A stretch of DNA of 62,909 bases, the filler included, from Octopus bimaculoides (Eukaryota): NCBI RefSeq assembly GCF_001194135.2. It is 8 parts of 8 records of this genome, joined end to end, with 100 filler letters (N's around TTAATTAATTAA, not from the genome) between each part and the next. Parts side by side here need not be neighbours in the genome. Positions count along the whole stretch, not along the records: positions 1 to 18,393 come from NC_068989.1; 7 more parts are not named here. One strand, 5' to 3'. Numbering within the stretch: position 1 is the first letter of the stretch; every line of letters begins with the position of its first letter. Below are positions 1 through 11,935 of this stretch, in pieces. A program made the translations under genes and the position numbers. The notes under the pieces are model-generated. The model saw nothing but the letters and a program-made list of their open reading frames with translations, was not told the DNA's origin and searched no databases.

Positions 1-33
<33 letters not shown>

Positions 34-63
34 CTCTGACACTCAGTTATTTACTAACTCTTT

Positions 64-123
<60 letters not shown>

Positions 124-330
124 CACCGTTTCTTTCAGACCCATTCGCTCGTCAATTATTAACTAATAACAGTTCAGATTTACGAACTGATAAATAAATA
201 AATATATATGTGTGTATGTATGTATGTGTATGGATATATGTATGCATGTTAGTGGGTGTATACACAGTGCATATGAGGTGTTTGGGAGAGGGTGTAGAGA
301 ATACAAGAGGTAGAGAGAACAATGGGATGG

Positions 331-361
<31 letters not shown>

Positions 362-362
362 C

Positions 363-451
<89 letters not shown>

Positions 452-713
452 GGGGGGAATGATCGCAAATAAAGTTTGAATGATTGATTGCTACTGAATA
501 AGAAGGATCATGGTGATAATAATAATTATAATAATAATAATAATAATAATAATAATTGTATTCATAACGATACCCAACATTATTATCATAATAATTTTCT
601 CCATTTTAATAAAATAACAATATTACCACTAATAACAATAGTTGCAATAAAGATGTTCTTCGGCGTCGCCGTCACAATCCCGAAGCCTCTGATGACATTT
701 TCGGTTCTTTTTT

Positions 714-800
<87 letters not shown>
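1..800. repeat. Microsatellite cluster (TATC)n, (TC)n, (GACA)n, (AAT)n, (CT)n
   Basis: Directly visible. Confidence 0.95.
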
Positions 801-802
<2 letters not shown>

Positions 803-914
803 ATATTTCTCTTGGCAATATCGATCGAAATAACTGTTCAATTGGAATGGTATTTCAGTAATGTCTTTCCGCACCCCCTCCCACCTGAAGTGGTGGAATG
901 TTTGTTGTTGCGGC

Positions 915-1990
915 AATGACAGTAGTAGTAGTAGTAGTAGTAATAGTGGTATGGTGTTAGTAATGAGAAAATGGGCAATGGTGATGATGTGAGGAGGGGG
1001 AAGTAAATTGAGGTGTGCATGTGGCAGTTTAAGTGGTGTTGGTGATGCTGGTGGTGGTATTGTGGCTGTTAGCGGTATAGCAGTAGTAGTGTTGTGGTAG
1101 TATGTTGATGGCATTGTGGTAGGTATAGTGGTGGCAAGTTTGGCAGTACAGACTATGTGCAGAAAGTGGTTTAACGGGGTGTATGTCACAAGTTTGTAGT
1201 GGTGTAGTGTTGTTGTTGTTGTTGTAGAAGAGATGGTAGTAGTGGTAATGATGTTCTGACGGCGACAGTGGTGGTAGTGATAGTGTTGTTGCTATGGTGG
1301 TGTTGCCTTGTTAAGTACAATGGTAGTGGTGGGAAGGACGGTGGTGGTGGTTGTGACTGTAGTGGTAGCGATGGTGGTGGTAGTGTTTCCGTAGTGGTGG
1401 TCATGGTAAGAATAGTATAGGCCGTGGTAAGAACGGTGGTTGTAGGTTTGTGATAGTAGTGGTGTTTTGGTTGCGGTGGTTAAGGTAAGAATGGTGGAGG
1501 TCGTGGTAAGAACGGTGATTGTAGATTTTCGATAGTGGTGGTCGTGGTAAGGATGGTGGTGATGGTGGTAGTGTTTTGGCAGTGGTAGTCATGATAAGAA
1601 TGATAGAGGTCGTGGTAAGAACGGTGGTTATAGATTTTTAGTAGAGGTGGTCGTGGTAAGGGTGATGGTGACTGAGTTGGTGGTAGTGGTGTCGATAGTG
1701 TTGTGGTAGTGATGGTCGTGGTAAGGATAGTGGTCGTGGTGGTCGTGGTAAAAACAGTGGTGGTGATGGTGGTAGTGTTTTGGTAGTGGTGGTTGTAGTA
1801 AGGATGGTAGTGGTGATCGTGGTAAAAACAGTGGTAGTGATGGTGGTAGTGTTTTGGTAGTGGTGGTTGTATTAAGGATGGTAGTGGTGGTGGTGGTGAT
1901 GATGGTAAGTATGATGACTATGCTGTTAGTGTGGCTGTGGTGGTAGTAAGGATAGTGGCGGTGGTGGTAGTGGTGGTGGTGGTGGTGCTT
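915..1990. repeat. GGT/AGT-rich low-complexity tract with degenerate ggtcgtggtaag units
   Basis: Directly visible. Confidence 0.85.
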
Positions 1991-3097
1991 GTGATTGATT
2001 CATGAGGCTGCAGTTAATTTTGATTAAGCGTACATTCGTCTTTCGCTGCAGCTATCAATGAAATGGATGAGAGAGTTTGTTATTCAACGTGAAAGGAAAG
2101 AAAATAGAAAACAAAACAAAAATAAATATATAAATAAATAAAAATCCTTTCCCCTTCTCCCTCTCTTCTTTTTCCTTGTTTTTTATTATTATTATTATTA
2201 TTATTGCTTTTTCTTTTGTTTTGTTTTTCTTTCCAAGCAAATGAAGAAATAAGAACAAAATATTTTTTTTTAAATGTTTTTGCCTTTCTTCCCGCCTTAA
2301 AGGAATGTCATGTGATCACGTGACATTCAGTGGACCAACCGTATGACAATGCTGTGAGTGAGTGCGCGCGCGTGCGTGTGTGCGTGTGTGCGTGTGCGTG
2401 TGCGTGTGCGTGTGTGTGTGTGTCCTGCTGAAACATCACTTCTCTCCTTTTCCCCACTGATTGATTGTGTCGTCGTCGTCGCCATCTTCGCTATCATCAT
2501 CATCACCACCTTCATCATCAGTAGCATCATTAACATCATAAACTCCACACCCACCACCACCAGAACAGTACAATTGTCGAATGCCACTGTCATTGTCTTT
2601 ACCATTATCATCATATGCAGCAGCAGCAGCAGCAACAGCTCTTGCAGCATCTCTGCTTTATTGATCTGCAGTCATGTTAGCCGTCTTCTATTGTGTGATA
2701 AAACCTTTGTGACAGATATGTTGTGACATCAGATGTGCAAGGTCACGTCTTCTCTGCCATGTCACACCTACTCTGTGTTGCATTCCTGCTGTGTTACATC
2801 TCCGCGTTCTCACAGTCCTACCGTGCCATACTCCGAGTGTGTTATATCCCTGTTGTGTTACATCCAGCTTTCCTGTGTGAAAATCCTTTTTTTTGGTAGT
2901 TTCCATATATTGTGTCTTTTCGTTTCTTAATTCAGTAACGTCTACAGCGTGGGTCACTAACTCTTACAGCGAGGGTCACCAACCCAACAAGGCGGGTATT
3001 ACCTCCTCAACAGGAGAGCACCTATCCCGGAGGCAAGATATTTTTTCCCACGAGAGTTCCAGACCCCATATCTGTGTCACAAAGGTTTTATCACACA

Positions 3098-3425
3098 GAC
3101 CCAAGTTATGAACTCATTTGCATACAGCCAATCAGAGCTCAACTATCAAACTAATTTATGAGCGCATAACAAGTGATGGGCAATAAGATAAGGTCACTTG
3201 GGTAAGGAATGACCATGCTTCTTTTCTCTCTTAATAATGCTTGTTGTTCTTGTTCTTGTTTCAACCACAGTTGCCTCTGCGTTGTTATTTGTGTTTTGAG
3301 AGCACAATACAAGATTCACTTGGCAATCAGAGATCGCCATTTTGAATGCCAATATTTGTTAACTTGACAACAAGCTCAAGGTGAGCTCTGATTGGCTGTA
3401 TGCAAATGAGTTCATTACTGGGGTC
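3098..3425. mobile_element. MITE-like element with 44-bp inverted repeats
   Basis: 3098-3141 versus 3382-3425: 42 of 44 positions complementary. Confidence 0.7.
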
Positions 3426-3570
3426 CGGAACTCTTGCAGGAAAAAAGTTTTGCATCCCGTAAGGAGCGCCTACTCCAACGAAGGAAGTGTCTCCCTCAAC
3501 CGAGAAGGGAGTAGATTACTCACACAAAGCCGTTCTGAAACAACAAGGTAGACCGCGAGTTAGCTTTGGA

Positions 3571-4184
3571 TTTTCTACATACTTGCTCGACCTGGTGAAA
3601 ATATCAGTTACATTTCGCTTGAATTATACTGCTACACCTCATAAAGAAGACTTCATTGCTTTTTCTTCCATTTTTTTGTCACCTTTCAGTTTTCAGGTGT
3701 GTAAAGTAATACGAGTCAGACCAATGTCTTGAAGTTTCAGCTTCGTTTTTGCTTCTCTGTACATTTGTTAGATTGTAGAACGCTCTCCGGGTTTTCGATA
3801 TTCTGTTCTTTATATCCTGCGTTACCTTTCTTAACTGTCGCCTCGAGTAAATAAATTCTTCGACGTTGTGGCCGAAATTACTCAATTGAGACGACAACGG
3901 GTATCAACAGGATCAGTGACGAAATAAAAATCAGATGCTGGATGGGATCGGACATATCCTCAGACAAGATCGAGAAAGTGATTGTATGGTGGCATTAAAG
4001 TGGCGGCCTGAGGAGGGAAAAGAGCAGCAAAGCGCCTTGAAAGGGGAAGAACCCTTAACAAGGAGACGAGAAGGCTAGACCAGCTGGAATGAAATCAGGA
4101 CACGGAAAAAAAAAACGGAGCTGGTTGGAGAAATCATGTTGTGGCATTATGTGCTTCATGGCACGGAGAAAACTAAGAAACTAA
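3571..4184. mobile_element. RTE-clade LINE remnant with inverted 5' part (3571-3888 minus, about 3889-4184 plus)
   Basis: Minus part: NVEEFIY...DIKNRISKTRRAFYNL.NV...TKLKL...LLY...EQVCRK. Plus part: TGINRISDEIK..W IGHILRQD...VALKWRPE...WNEIR...VALCASWHGEN-stop, with tail aaactaagaaactaa. Both are typical RTE ORF2 C-terminal motifs. Confidence 0.75.
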
Positions 4185-5542
4185 CCCCATAAAGAGGAAT
4201 AATAAGTTCTTCGATTCTCTTAAAACGACAGGGTGGTCTTGGCTGGAATTATCGTTGGTTTATTCCGTTAGGTGTGTCTTGTAATTTATTCTTACTATAT
4301 CCGTAAACGGAATTATTTATGTAGCTACTAGAGTAGCACGAACCATCAATAATGACGGAGCTATGGATGAAAAATGAACATGATAATAGTTAATGTGAGT
4401 ATGAAGATTTAAATATAATTTCCAAAATACCATATTGATCACTCCCCAAATATTATACAGGTTTGATTACTTTTGATATGCACAAAATGTTGTAGTCAAT
4501 GACTCACTCGTTATTTCCTTCAATAATCGCTTTACATAATTTCACATATGTTGTACATGTATATGCATTCAATACTTCCAAAATACACGCATATTTACTC
4601 ATGGGTACATGATCTTGTAAACAGATTACATAAATCATCTGAAGGTTATCAAGAAACAGCAATATTAGCTCATGCAATAATAGCTGCACATTTACAGTAT
4701 ATTTGACACACTCCGTGCAAAAACTACAAATGCGCATAAACATTATTACTCATCTTCATCGTAACAGTTCCCGAGGAACTATATTTCGTGTGAGCAGCAA
4801 CTGTGATTCTCATTCTCTTACCTTCTACGCAGTATTTATTGTACTCCAGTTACAAATTTCTTACGATTCTACTTTAAGCAACATATGAATCTTAACTTTC
4901 TATTTTGTAAGGCCATAAAAATGTGTTACACCTTTCATTATAGGTAGTGGGTAGCGATTTTCTTCACTACTTCAGGGAGTGACGACCCTGCCTGACACGA
5001 GTCCCGGGCTCAGCTGGCTCCGGCTGATAGTACTTGGTATGGGCCCTTATTCAGGGTTACGAAAAGGAGACAACCTTCACAGAAATGCGGAGTGTAGCCC
5101 CATAGGCGGTTAGTGTTCAACTCGACACTCTTCCGGCAGCTCCTGCAACCACGATGGTGCCAAACAAAATGCTCAGCACCCCTTGGACTACGTCAGCAAG
5201 GTCGAGAGAGGTATCCTGATGATTTGGCTTCCCAGGATTTTCTTACATCTAGCCCAGGCCAGCGCAAAACTAGAGAGGACCTGAAATGTAAAAACCAGAC
5301 TGGATTGGTTTATGCGCAACTCCATTGTCTCCCGAGACAAAAGGAGGCCAACAACAACCTTTCATTGTTAGACATTAGGTTAGTGAAGACGCATGGCTTT
5401 GTGTTCAGGGGTTCGGCTCACAATCGTAAGTTGGTGTATTCGATTCCAGGTGGTGCGTTGTGTCTTTGAGCAAGACATTTTAAGGGTCAGCCTTGTCACA
5501 TTATGTTCTCGCCGAATCTCCCTGAGAATTACGTTACGGGTA

Positions 5543-5914
5543 CGCAATGGCCCAGTGGTTAGGGCAGTGGACTTGCGGTCATAGGATCGCGGTTTCGATT
5601 CCCAGACCGGGCGTTGTGAGTGTTTATTGAGCGAAAACACCTAAAGCTCCACGAGGCTCCAGCAGCGGATGGTGGCGAACCCTGCTGTACTCTTCCACCA
5701 CAACTTTCTCTCACTCTTACTTCTTGTTTCTGTTGTGCCTGTAATTCAAAGGGTCAGCCTTGTCACACTGTGTCACGCTGAATCTCCCCGAGAACTACGT
5801 TAAGGGTACACGTGTCTGTGGAGTGCTCAGCCACTTACACGTTAATTTCACGAGCAGGCTGTTCCGTTGATCGGATCAACTGGAACCCTCGACGTCGTAA
5901 GCGACGGAGTGCCA
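5543..5914 (+). mobile_element. tRNA-headed SINE family S1 (about 375 bp)
   Basis: A-box cagtggttagg, B-box gtttcgattcc; near-identical copies at 8407, 37772, 46177 and 59803. Confidence 0.9.
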
Positions 5915-6503
5915 ACAGTTACTACACAGCAAGCCATTGTGTAACACTTTTATTGTAACAGTTTCATACGTCGTTGACCTCGGTTCAGCAAAAATACGTT
6001 CAACGATCAAAGACCAAAACTATTTCGGCCACACATATTTCATATCTATTTAGGATTACATAATCGGACTGGTCGTTTCCTTCCGTATGAAGTGATCTGA
6101 TGTAGATTTAGCTACCATCTCTTGCCGATCAAGTGACAAAGTAAGGCCCCCTCGTTGTTGGTAAATATAGACCAGTTATACGATACCACATAACACGTTT
6201 TAGGTTATTTGTCAAATAAATCCTACTTTTATCTTATATCTAATCTCATATTGTTTTTCAAAGACTTCCCTTTGATCTTAGTTTTGTGAAATCTTCCTCC
6301 TTTTTTTTCCTCTCCAAAACAACTTCACTGGAGTGTAATATTACATTTGCATCAACCTTTTAACATCACTACATCACATCGCTGTACTGCACCACTATAT
6401 CACATCACTACATCATACCACTCCAACACACCATCACACATACTGCCACTACGCAATATTGACAGAGCTTCTAACTGGGCATTGGACTAGCTAGAAATAG
6501 CTA

Positions 6504-6730
6504 GTGAGCTGGCAGAAACGTTGGCACATCGGGAGAAATGCTTAGCGGTATTTCGTCTGCCGCTTCGTTCTGAGTTCAAATTCCGCTGAGGTCGACTTTA
6601 CTTTTCATCCTTTCGGGGTCGATTAAATAAGTACCAGTTACGCACTGTGGTCGATATAATCGACTTAATCCGTTTGTCTGTCCTTGTTTGCCCCCTCTGT
6701 GTGTAGCTCCTTGTGGGCAATAAAGAAATA
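6504..6730 (+). mobile_element. SINE family S2 (about 200-230 bp)
   Basis: gagctggcagaaacgttag...gagttcaaattccgc.gaggtcgac...ggggtcgat...gtaccagtt...gggcaataaagaaata; more than 15 copies in the window. Confidence 0.85.
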
Positions 6731-6904
6731 GGAAATAGCAGCCAAATTTCCTTCAAGCCAAACTCTACAGTCTTACAAAAGAATATATCTTTTATATCTT
6801 CGATACACAGATAACCAAGGAACCTTACAACTATCCAACACGAACATCATCCCAGCACCACCGCGGGAATAAAATACACCACGTGACCAGACAATAAGAT
6901 AATT

Positions 6905-7462
6905 TTCTATTACAGGCACAAGGCCAGAATTGTTGTAGTGAGGGGAGCGCTAATCGATTACTTCGACCCCAGGGCACAACTGGTACTTATTTCATCGACT
7001 CCGAAAGGATAAAAGGAAACGTCCACCGCGGCAGAATAAACGTTTCTACTATAGGCACAAGGAAGGAGATAATCGATTACATCAGCCCCAGTGCGTAACT
7101 GGTACTTATTTATTCGACCCCAAAAAAGATGAAAGGCGAAGTCGACTTCGGCGAGATTTGAACGCAGAATATAAGCGCCGAGCGGAATGCCACTGAGCAT
7201 TTACTCCAGCAATCCAACGATTCTCTCAGCTCGACGCCTTAGTTTGTAAAATAATAATGGTTTCAAATTTTGGCACAAGGCCCGCAATTTGGGGGATGAG
7301 GGGGTAAGTTGATTACACCGATCCTATTGTTCAATTGCTACTTATTTTATCGACCTGGGTAGGAAGAAAGACGAAGTCAACCTCGGCGGAATTCGAACTC
7401 AGAACGATATGCCACCAAGTACTTTTCCAGGCGTGCAAACGGTTCTGCATGCTCACCGCCTT
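6905..7462 (-). mobile_element. Three tandem S2-like SINE copies just downstream of the SLC1A exon
   Basis: Repeated aactggtacttat..tcgacc...aaaggatgaaagg..aagtcgac motifs. Confidence 0.8.
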
Positions 7463-7504
7463 AGATTGTAAAATAATAATGAATGATGAGAAGAATCAAC
7501 TTAC

Positions 7505-7685
7505 CAGATGAAGATTTTAAATAATTTCATGGTGGCTTCATTGATGCAATTACAGACATCCAGTAAGGGTTTACCTCGGATGGCCATTCTGCCCAGGGTG
7601 ACACCCATCAATACAGAGAATACAACAACACCCAGAACGTTGGTTTGTCCGGTGGAGCCAGCCTTGGGTACGTACACCTGTTTCA
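7505..7685 (-). CDS. SLC1A: Internal exon (181 bp, phase 1 to 2) of an SLC1A/EAAT-family dicarboxylate/amino-acid:cation symporter, TM4c-TM5 region
   Basis: Translates to (V)KQVYVPKAGSTGQTNVLGVVVFSVLMGVTLGRMAIRGKPLLDVCNCINEATMKLFKIFI(W), matching the EAAT pattern NVLG.VVFS..G..LG.M...GK.L......NEA.MKL....W. Acceptor ccttttcag|TG, donor TG|gtaagt. Phase fits the exon at 10526-10649. The paralogue cannot be assigned. Confidence 0.93.
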
Positions 7686-8406
7686 CTGAAAAGGAAACAC
7701 AATACAGACGTTATATATGCATGTGTACACACATTTATACACACCTACGCACACGCACATGGCTATATCTCCACATACACACACACACACACACGTATAT
7801 ATCTCCACACACACACACACACGTATGTGTATGTGTTTAAAGGCACGTGGCCAAGTGATTATGGTCGTGGGTTCGTTTCCTGGACCGTGTAGTAGGTTGT
7901 TTCCTTGAGAAACGTATTTCACTTCATGTTGCTACAGCATGGGCTGTCGCAGCCAACTCTTGCTCTAGCTGTCACGTCCTCGATGTTCCACCAGATTGAA
8001 AGTGCAAGAGGCAGGGGAGTGTCTGTCTCTATTTGTGATGTCTTAAGCACTGAAAATAGTCGGCAAAATCATGGCACGGAAAATAATTGCTAGTGATAAC
8101 TACGGAATGACACATGTACGTAGCTTATAATCTACGTTTATAAGATTAAAATGAAACAGGCATCTTCCAAGTTAGTACTGACTAAATAATACATTGAGCA
8201 ATGTAGAGATATATGTTTTATATAACAAATTATAGAGACGGAAAATGAAATATATCAGAAACTTCATTGCTCACAACGATCGTTTGGACCCCTCAAAGGT
8301 GAGATGCTGTATGACTGGAGATTGATGCAGGATGGGTTGGAAAGATCATTGTGAGCAATAAAGTCTCTGGTGTATTCCATTTCCGTCTCTGTTATTTGTT
8401 ACATGT

Positions 8407-8782
8407 GGAGGCGCAATGGCCCAGTGGTTAGGGCAGCGGAATCGTGGTCGTAAGATCGAGGTTTCGATTCCTAGACCGGGCGTTGTGAGTGTTTATTGAG
8501 CAAAAACACCTAAAGCTCCACGAGGCTCCGGCAGATCGTGGTGGCGAACCCTGCTGTACTCTTTAACCAGAAAGTCTCTCACTCTTTCTTCCTGTTTCTG
8601 TTGTTCCCGAATTTCAAAGGGCCAGCCTTGTAACTCTGTGTCACGCTGAATCTCACCGAGAAATACGTTAAGGGTACACGTGTCTGTGGAGTGCTCAGCG
8701 ACTTGCACGTTAATTTTACGAGCAGACTGTTCCGTTGCTCGGATCAACTGGAACCCTCGTCGTCGTAACCGACGGAGTGCCA
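8407..8782 (+). mobile_element. SINE S1 copy in the SLC1A intron
   Basis: ggaggcgcaatggcccagtggttagggcagcgg...gacggagtgcca. Confidence 0.9.
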
Positions 8783-8886
8783 CGATTTGCTATATACACG
8801 ACGAACACTGAAGAATTTCTAATGTAGATACAGCGACAATTATGTCAGGTAGCCAACTGCAATACCCTATGCTTAGAGAATTACTT

Positions 8887-8923
<37 letters not shown>

Positions 8924-9239
8924 ATATATCCAAAGTTTTAAATTTATAAATTTTATAAAGAGGTTTGACACCGATGTTATATATANNNNNNNNNNNNNNN
9001 NNNNNNNNNNNNNNNNNNNNNNNNNNNNNNNNNNNNNNNNNNNNNNNNNNNNNNNNNNNNNNNNNNNNNNNNNNNNNNNNNNNNNNNNNNNNNNNNNNNN
9101 NNNNNNNNNNNNNNNNNNNNNNNNNNNNNNNNNNNNNNNNNNNNNNNNNNNNNNNNNNNNNNNNNNNNNNNNNNNNNNNNNNNNNNNNNNNNNNNNNNNN
9201 NNNGTGTGTGTGTGTGTGTGTGTGTGTGATGGACTGACC

Positions 9240-9535
9240 CGTCGATGGCGACGTATGAGTGTCCACCTTTTGCTCATCGATCTGCACAAATGATTTGTTT
9301 ATAGTGATCGAATGTATGTATTGTACGTTAGCTCTCTCCCTCCATCAAATCGATGTTGTCTGAACAGGTGCACGCAGGTGTGCCACGCGTCAGGTGTCAA
9401 AGTGATCACAAAACAACGTGAGATGAACTGTCTTTGCTCAAGGATAACGCACCACCCGGTCTAAGGATTCGAATCACAGTAGCTAGATCGTGAATGCAAC
9501 ACCCTAACCACCCAGTCATGCACCCTCATATACAT
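9240..9535 (-). mobile_element. Further tRNA-headed SINE (head related to 41533-41790 and 5385-5480)
   Basis: On minus: ...tggttagggtgttgcattcacgatc...gtgattcgaatcc...gtgcgttatccttgagcaaagacag, an A/B-box-like head followed by the ttgagcaa.aca motif. Confidence 0.6.
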
Positions 9536-9912
9536 CAGGGTATCGACAGATCTATCGGATGTCGGTCTACATTGCTGGTTACAATGCGCTTCCTAAAATT
9601 ATTGTAGTTTTCGAATGATCCCAGCCCTCTAGCTGGGGCATGAAGGTAAAAATTGCCCTTCATAGGGCAATTGCCAGTCCATCGTAGGTCTATCTATATA
9701 CACCTGAGTATACTAGAGTAACGCGAAATAAAGTACTTTAGTACTTTGCTCAAGAGTACGATGCACTGACGATCGTAGAATAGAAACCACGATCTTGGCC
9801 ACTAGGTCACAAATCATNNNNNNNNNNCACTGACGATCGTAGAATAGAAACCACGATCTTGGCCACTAGGTCACAAATCATCACTCTCTCTCTATAAATA
9901 TATACACACACA

Positions 9913-9949
<37 letters not shown>

Positions 9950-10525
9950 GCACACACATTTATGCACAGAGTGTAAGCTGAAAAGTTTACTAACCGCTAT
10001 TTTGAGTTCCACGGTTCCGATCTTCGAACGGTAATGAATGTTGGAGCGAATCGCCAAAATGTTTTAATCCTGCTGTCACAAAACCCCCTGGTCTTTGATT
10101 ACTCCCGATTTTTTTATTGTATTTATTTTTAATATTTTTCATCCTTTTTTTAAAATGTTCTTATGTCTGCCAACAACAAAACAAGACATTACATGTCCAA
10201 ACTTTTTCATGAAAGATACAAGAATAAAAGTGTTCCTCTTGCAGCAGTGTCCAATCCAAATCTAGCGTTATTTTCAGTTTCTTTTCCACTAGACGCTCCA
10301 ACATTCGCTGCCATAAGAATATCGGAACCATGAAAGTCGGTCAATAAAATGTTTCATTTGTATTGAAATACATATAAAAATGTCGTGAATACTCTTTCTT
10401 TCTCTCTATGTGTGTGAGAGACGTTACGTTTGCGCAATTTCCAAATTCTTTTGGGGAATCCTCATACATATTGGCTTATGTATGTATGCATACATGCATG
10501 TGTGTGTGTGTGTGTGTCCACTTAC

Positions 10526-10649
10526 CTGTGTCGTTCATGAATGTTAGGTTCTGTGTGCTGAGGGCCAGAGAGGAGATGGTGGATGTGAAGATGTCTGTGG
10601 CATTCTCGGCCACCACATCTGGTTCCTCCAGGACCTCTTCTGTACGGAA
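10526..10649 (-). CDS. SLC1A: Internal exon (124 bp, phase 0 to 1) of the same SLC1A gene, extracellular TM4b-4c loop
   Basis: FRTEEVLEEPDVVAENATDIFTSTISSLALSTQNLTFMNDT+G. Acceptor ctctccttcag|TTC, donor ACAG|gtaagt. The terminal G joins TG of the next exon to give Val. Starts like the EAAT ...Q|FKT segment and has three N-glycosylation sequons (NAT, NLT, NDT), as expected for this loop. Confidence 0.85.
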
Positions 10650-10841
10650 CTGAAGGAGAGAAAGAAAAAGCGATTGATTGTAGGTATGGTGAATGGAATG
10701 AGAGGGAGAGAGGGAGATATATATAGAGAGAGACAGAGAAAATGAGCGACTGAGACCCAGATGATATATATATATATACAGATTAATAGACAAATTTATT
10801 GTAGATAGACGAATTGACAAACATGTAATATAACTAATTCC

Positions 10842-11235
10842 AAGGTGGCAGAAACGTTAGCACGCCGGGCAAAATGCTTAGCGATATTTCGTCTGCCTTT
10901 ACGTTCTGAGTTCAAATTCCGCCGAGGTCTACTTTGCCTTTCATCTTTTCGGGGTCGATAAATTAAGTACCAGTTACGCACTGAGGTCGATATAATCGAC
11001 TTAATCCTTTTGTCTGTCCTTGTTTGTCCCCTCTATGTCTAGCCCCTTGTGGGCAATAAAGAAATAAGAAACATTAGCACGCCGGGCGAAATGTTTAGCG
11101 GGCATTTCGTCTGTCGTTACGTTCTGAGTTCAAATTTCGCTGAGGTCGACTTTGCCTTTCATCTTTCGGAGTCGATAAACGTACTGGGGTCGATCTAATC
11201 GACTCCCCACTCCCACCCTTGTTCCTAGAGTAGAA
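10842..11235 (+). mobile_element. Two tandem S2 SINE copies
   Basis: Match to the S2 sequence. Confidence 0.85.
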
Positions 11236-11935
11236 AAAATATGACTAATTCTAACACGAACCAACGAGACATCAACTCCATGGTCGCTAGACCTGTTAAA
11301 ATTATCACACAAATCTCACCCAAAATGAACTCCATCGTTATGCTGAAGTACTAGATCAGATAAGGTAGCTCTACATATCTGTAATCAGACAAGGTGGCCG
11401 TAACTGGTTTGAATTTGATGTTTCATTAACAAGGTTACTTAACCTGGAGCTAAACAACAGCAACAACAAAAGTAGTAGCGCTTAATTTATCATACAGAAG
11501 ACAGATTTTTCTCATGCGACTTTAGCGCAATTCTTGCCATATTATAATTAACGATAAGATAGCGCTCTTGTTGAACTGGTAGAGATAAGTTAGCAGAACC
11601 ATTAGTAAGTCAGAGAAAAATGCCCCGAGTTCAAATGTCATCACTGAGGACAAAAGAGCCTTCAATCCTTCTGCAGACGATAATATAAAAAAAAAGTACT
11701 CAAATATTGGGGTCGATATAATCCACCGCTGCCTTTCTTTCGTTTGTGGTCGATAAAATGCAATATCAGTGCAGGAAAATGAACTGATAAAGTTGTTGAA
11801 CTGTCGGGCGAGTTTCCTTGCGGTTCGATGCTTAAATTCCATCAAGATAGCAAAGGCCAAGAATAATCACTCAACCATGAAAGCTCTACATCTAAACCAC
11901 AATTGGTTAGCAAAGGGGTAGGAGTGGTTGTGTGG

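Noticed and set aside
152-2726. Many supplied ORFs (poly-N, poly-I, CVCV, YIYI types) here and throughout the window
   Set aside because: Translations of microsatellites, SINEs or N gaps.
2692-3477. DIRS-type ITR/ICR architecture
   Set aside because: The internal complementary pieces are in the opposite order to that expected for a circle-junction ICR; no tyrosine recombinase or RT remnant.
9764-9880. Exact 54-bp direct repeat across a 10-N gap (similar case at about 16806-16920)
   Set aside because: Overlapping contig ends, an assembly artefact.
11522-11860. 112-aa minus-strand ORF
   Set aside because: Built partly from degenerate S2-like sequence (ggggtcgatataatc...ggtcgataaaa); no domain recognised.
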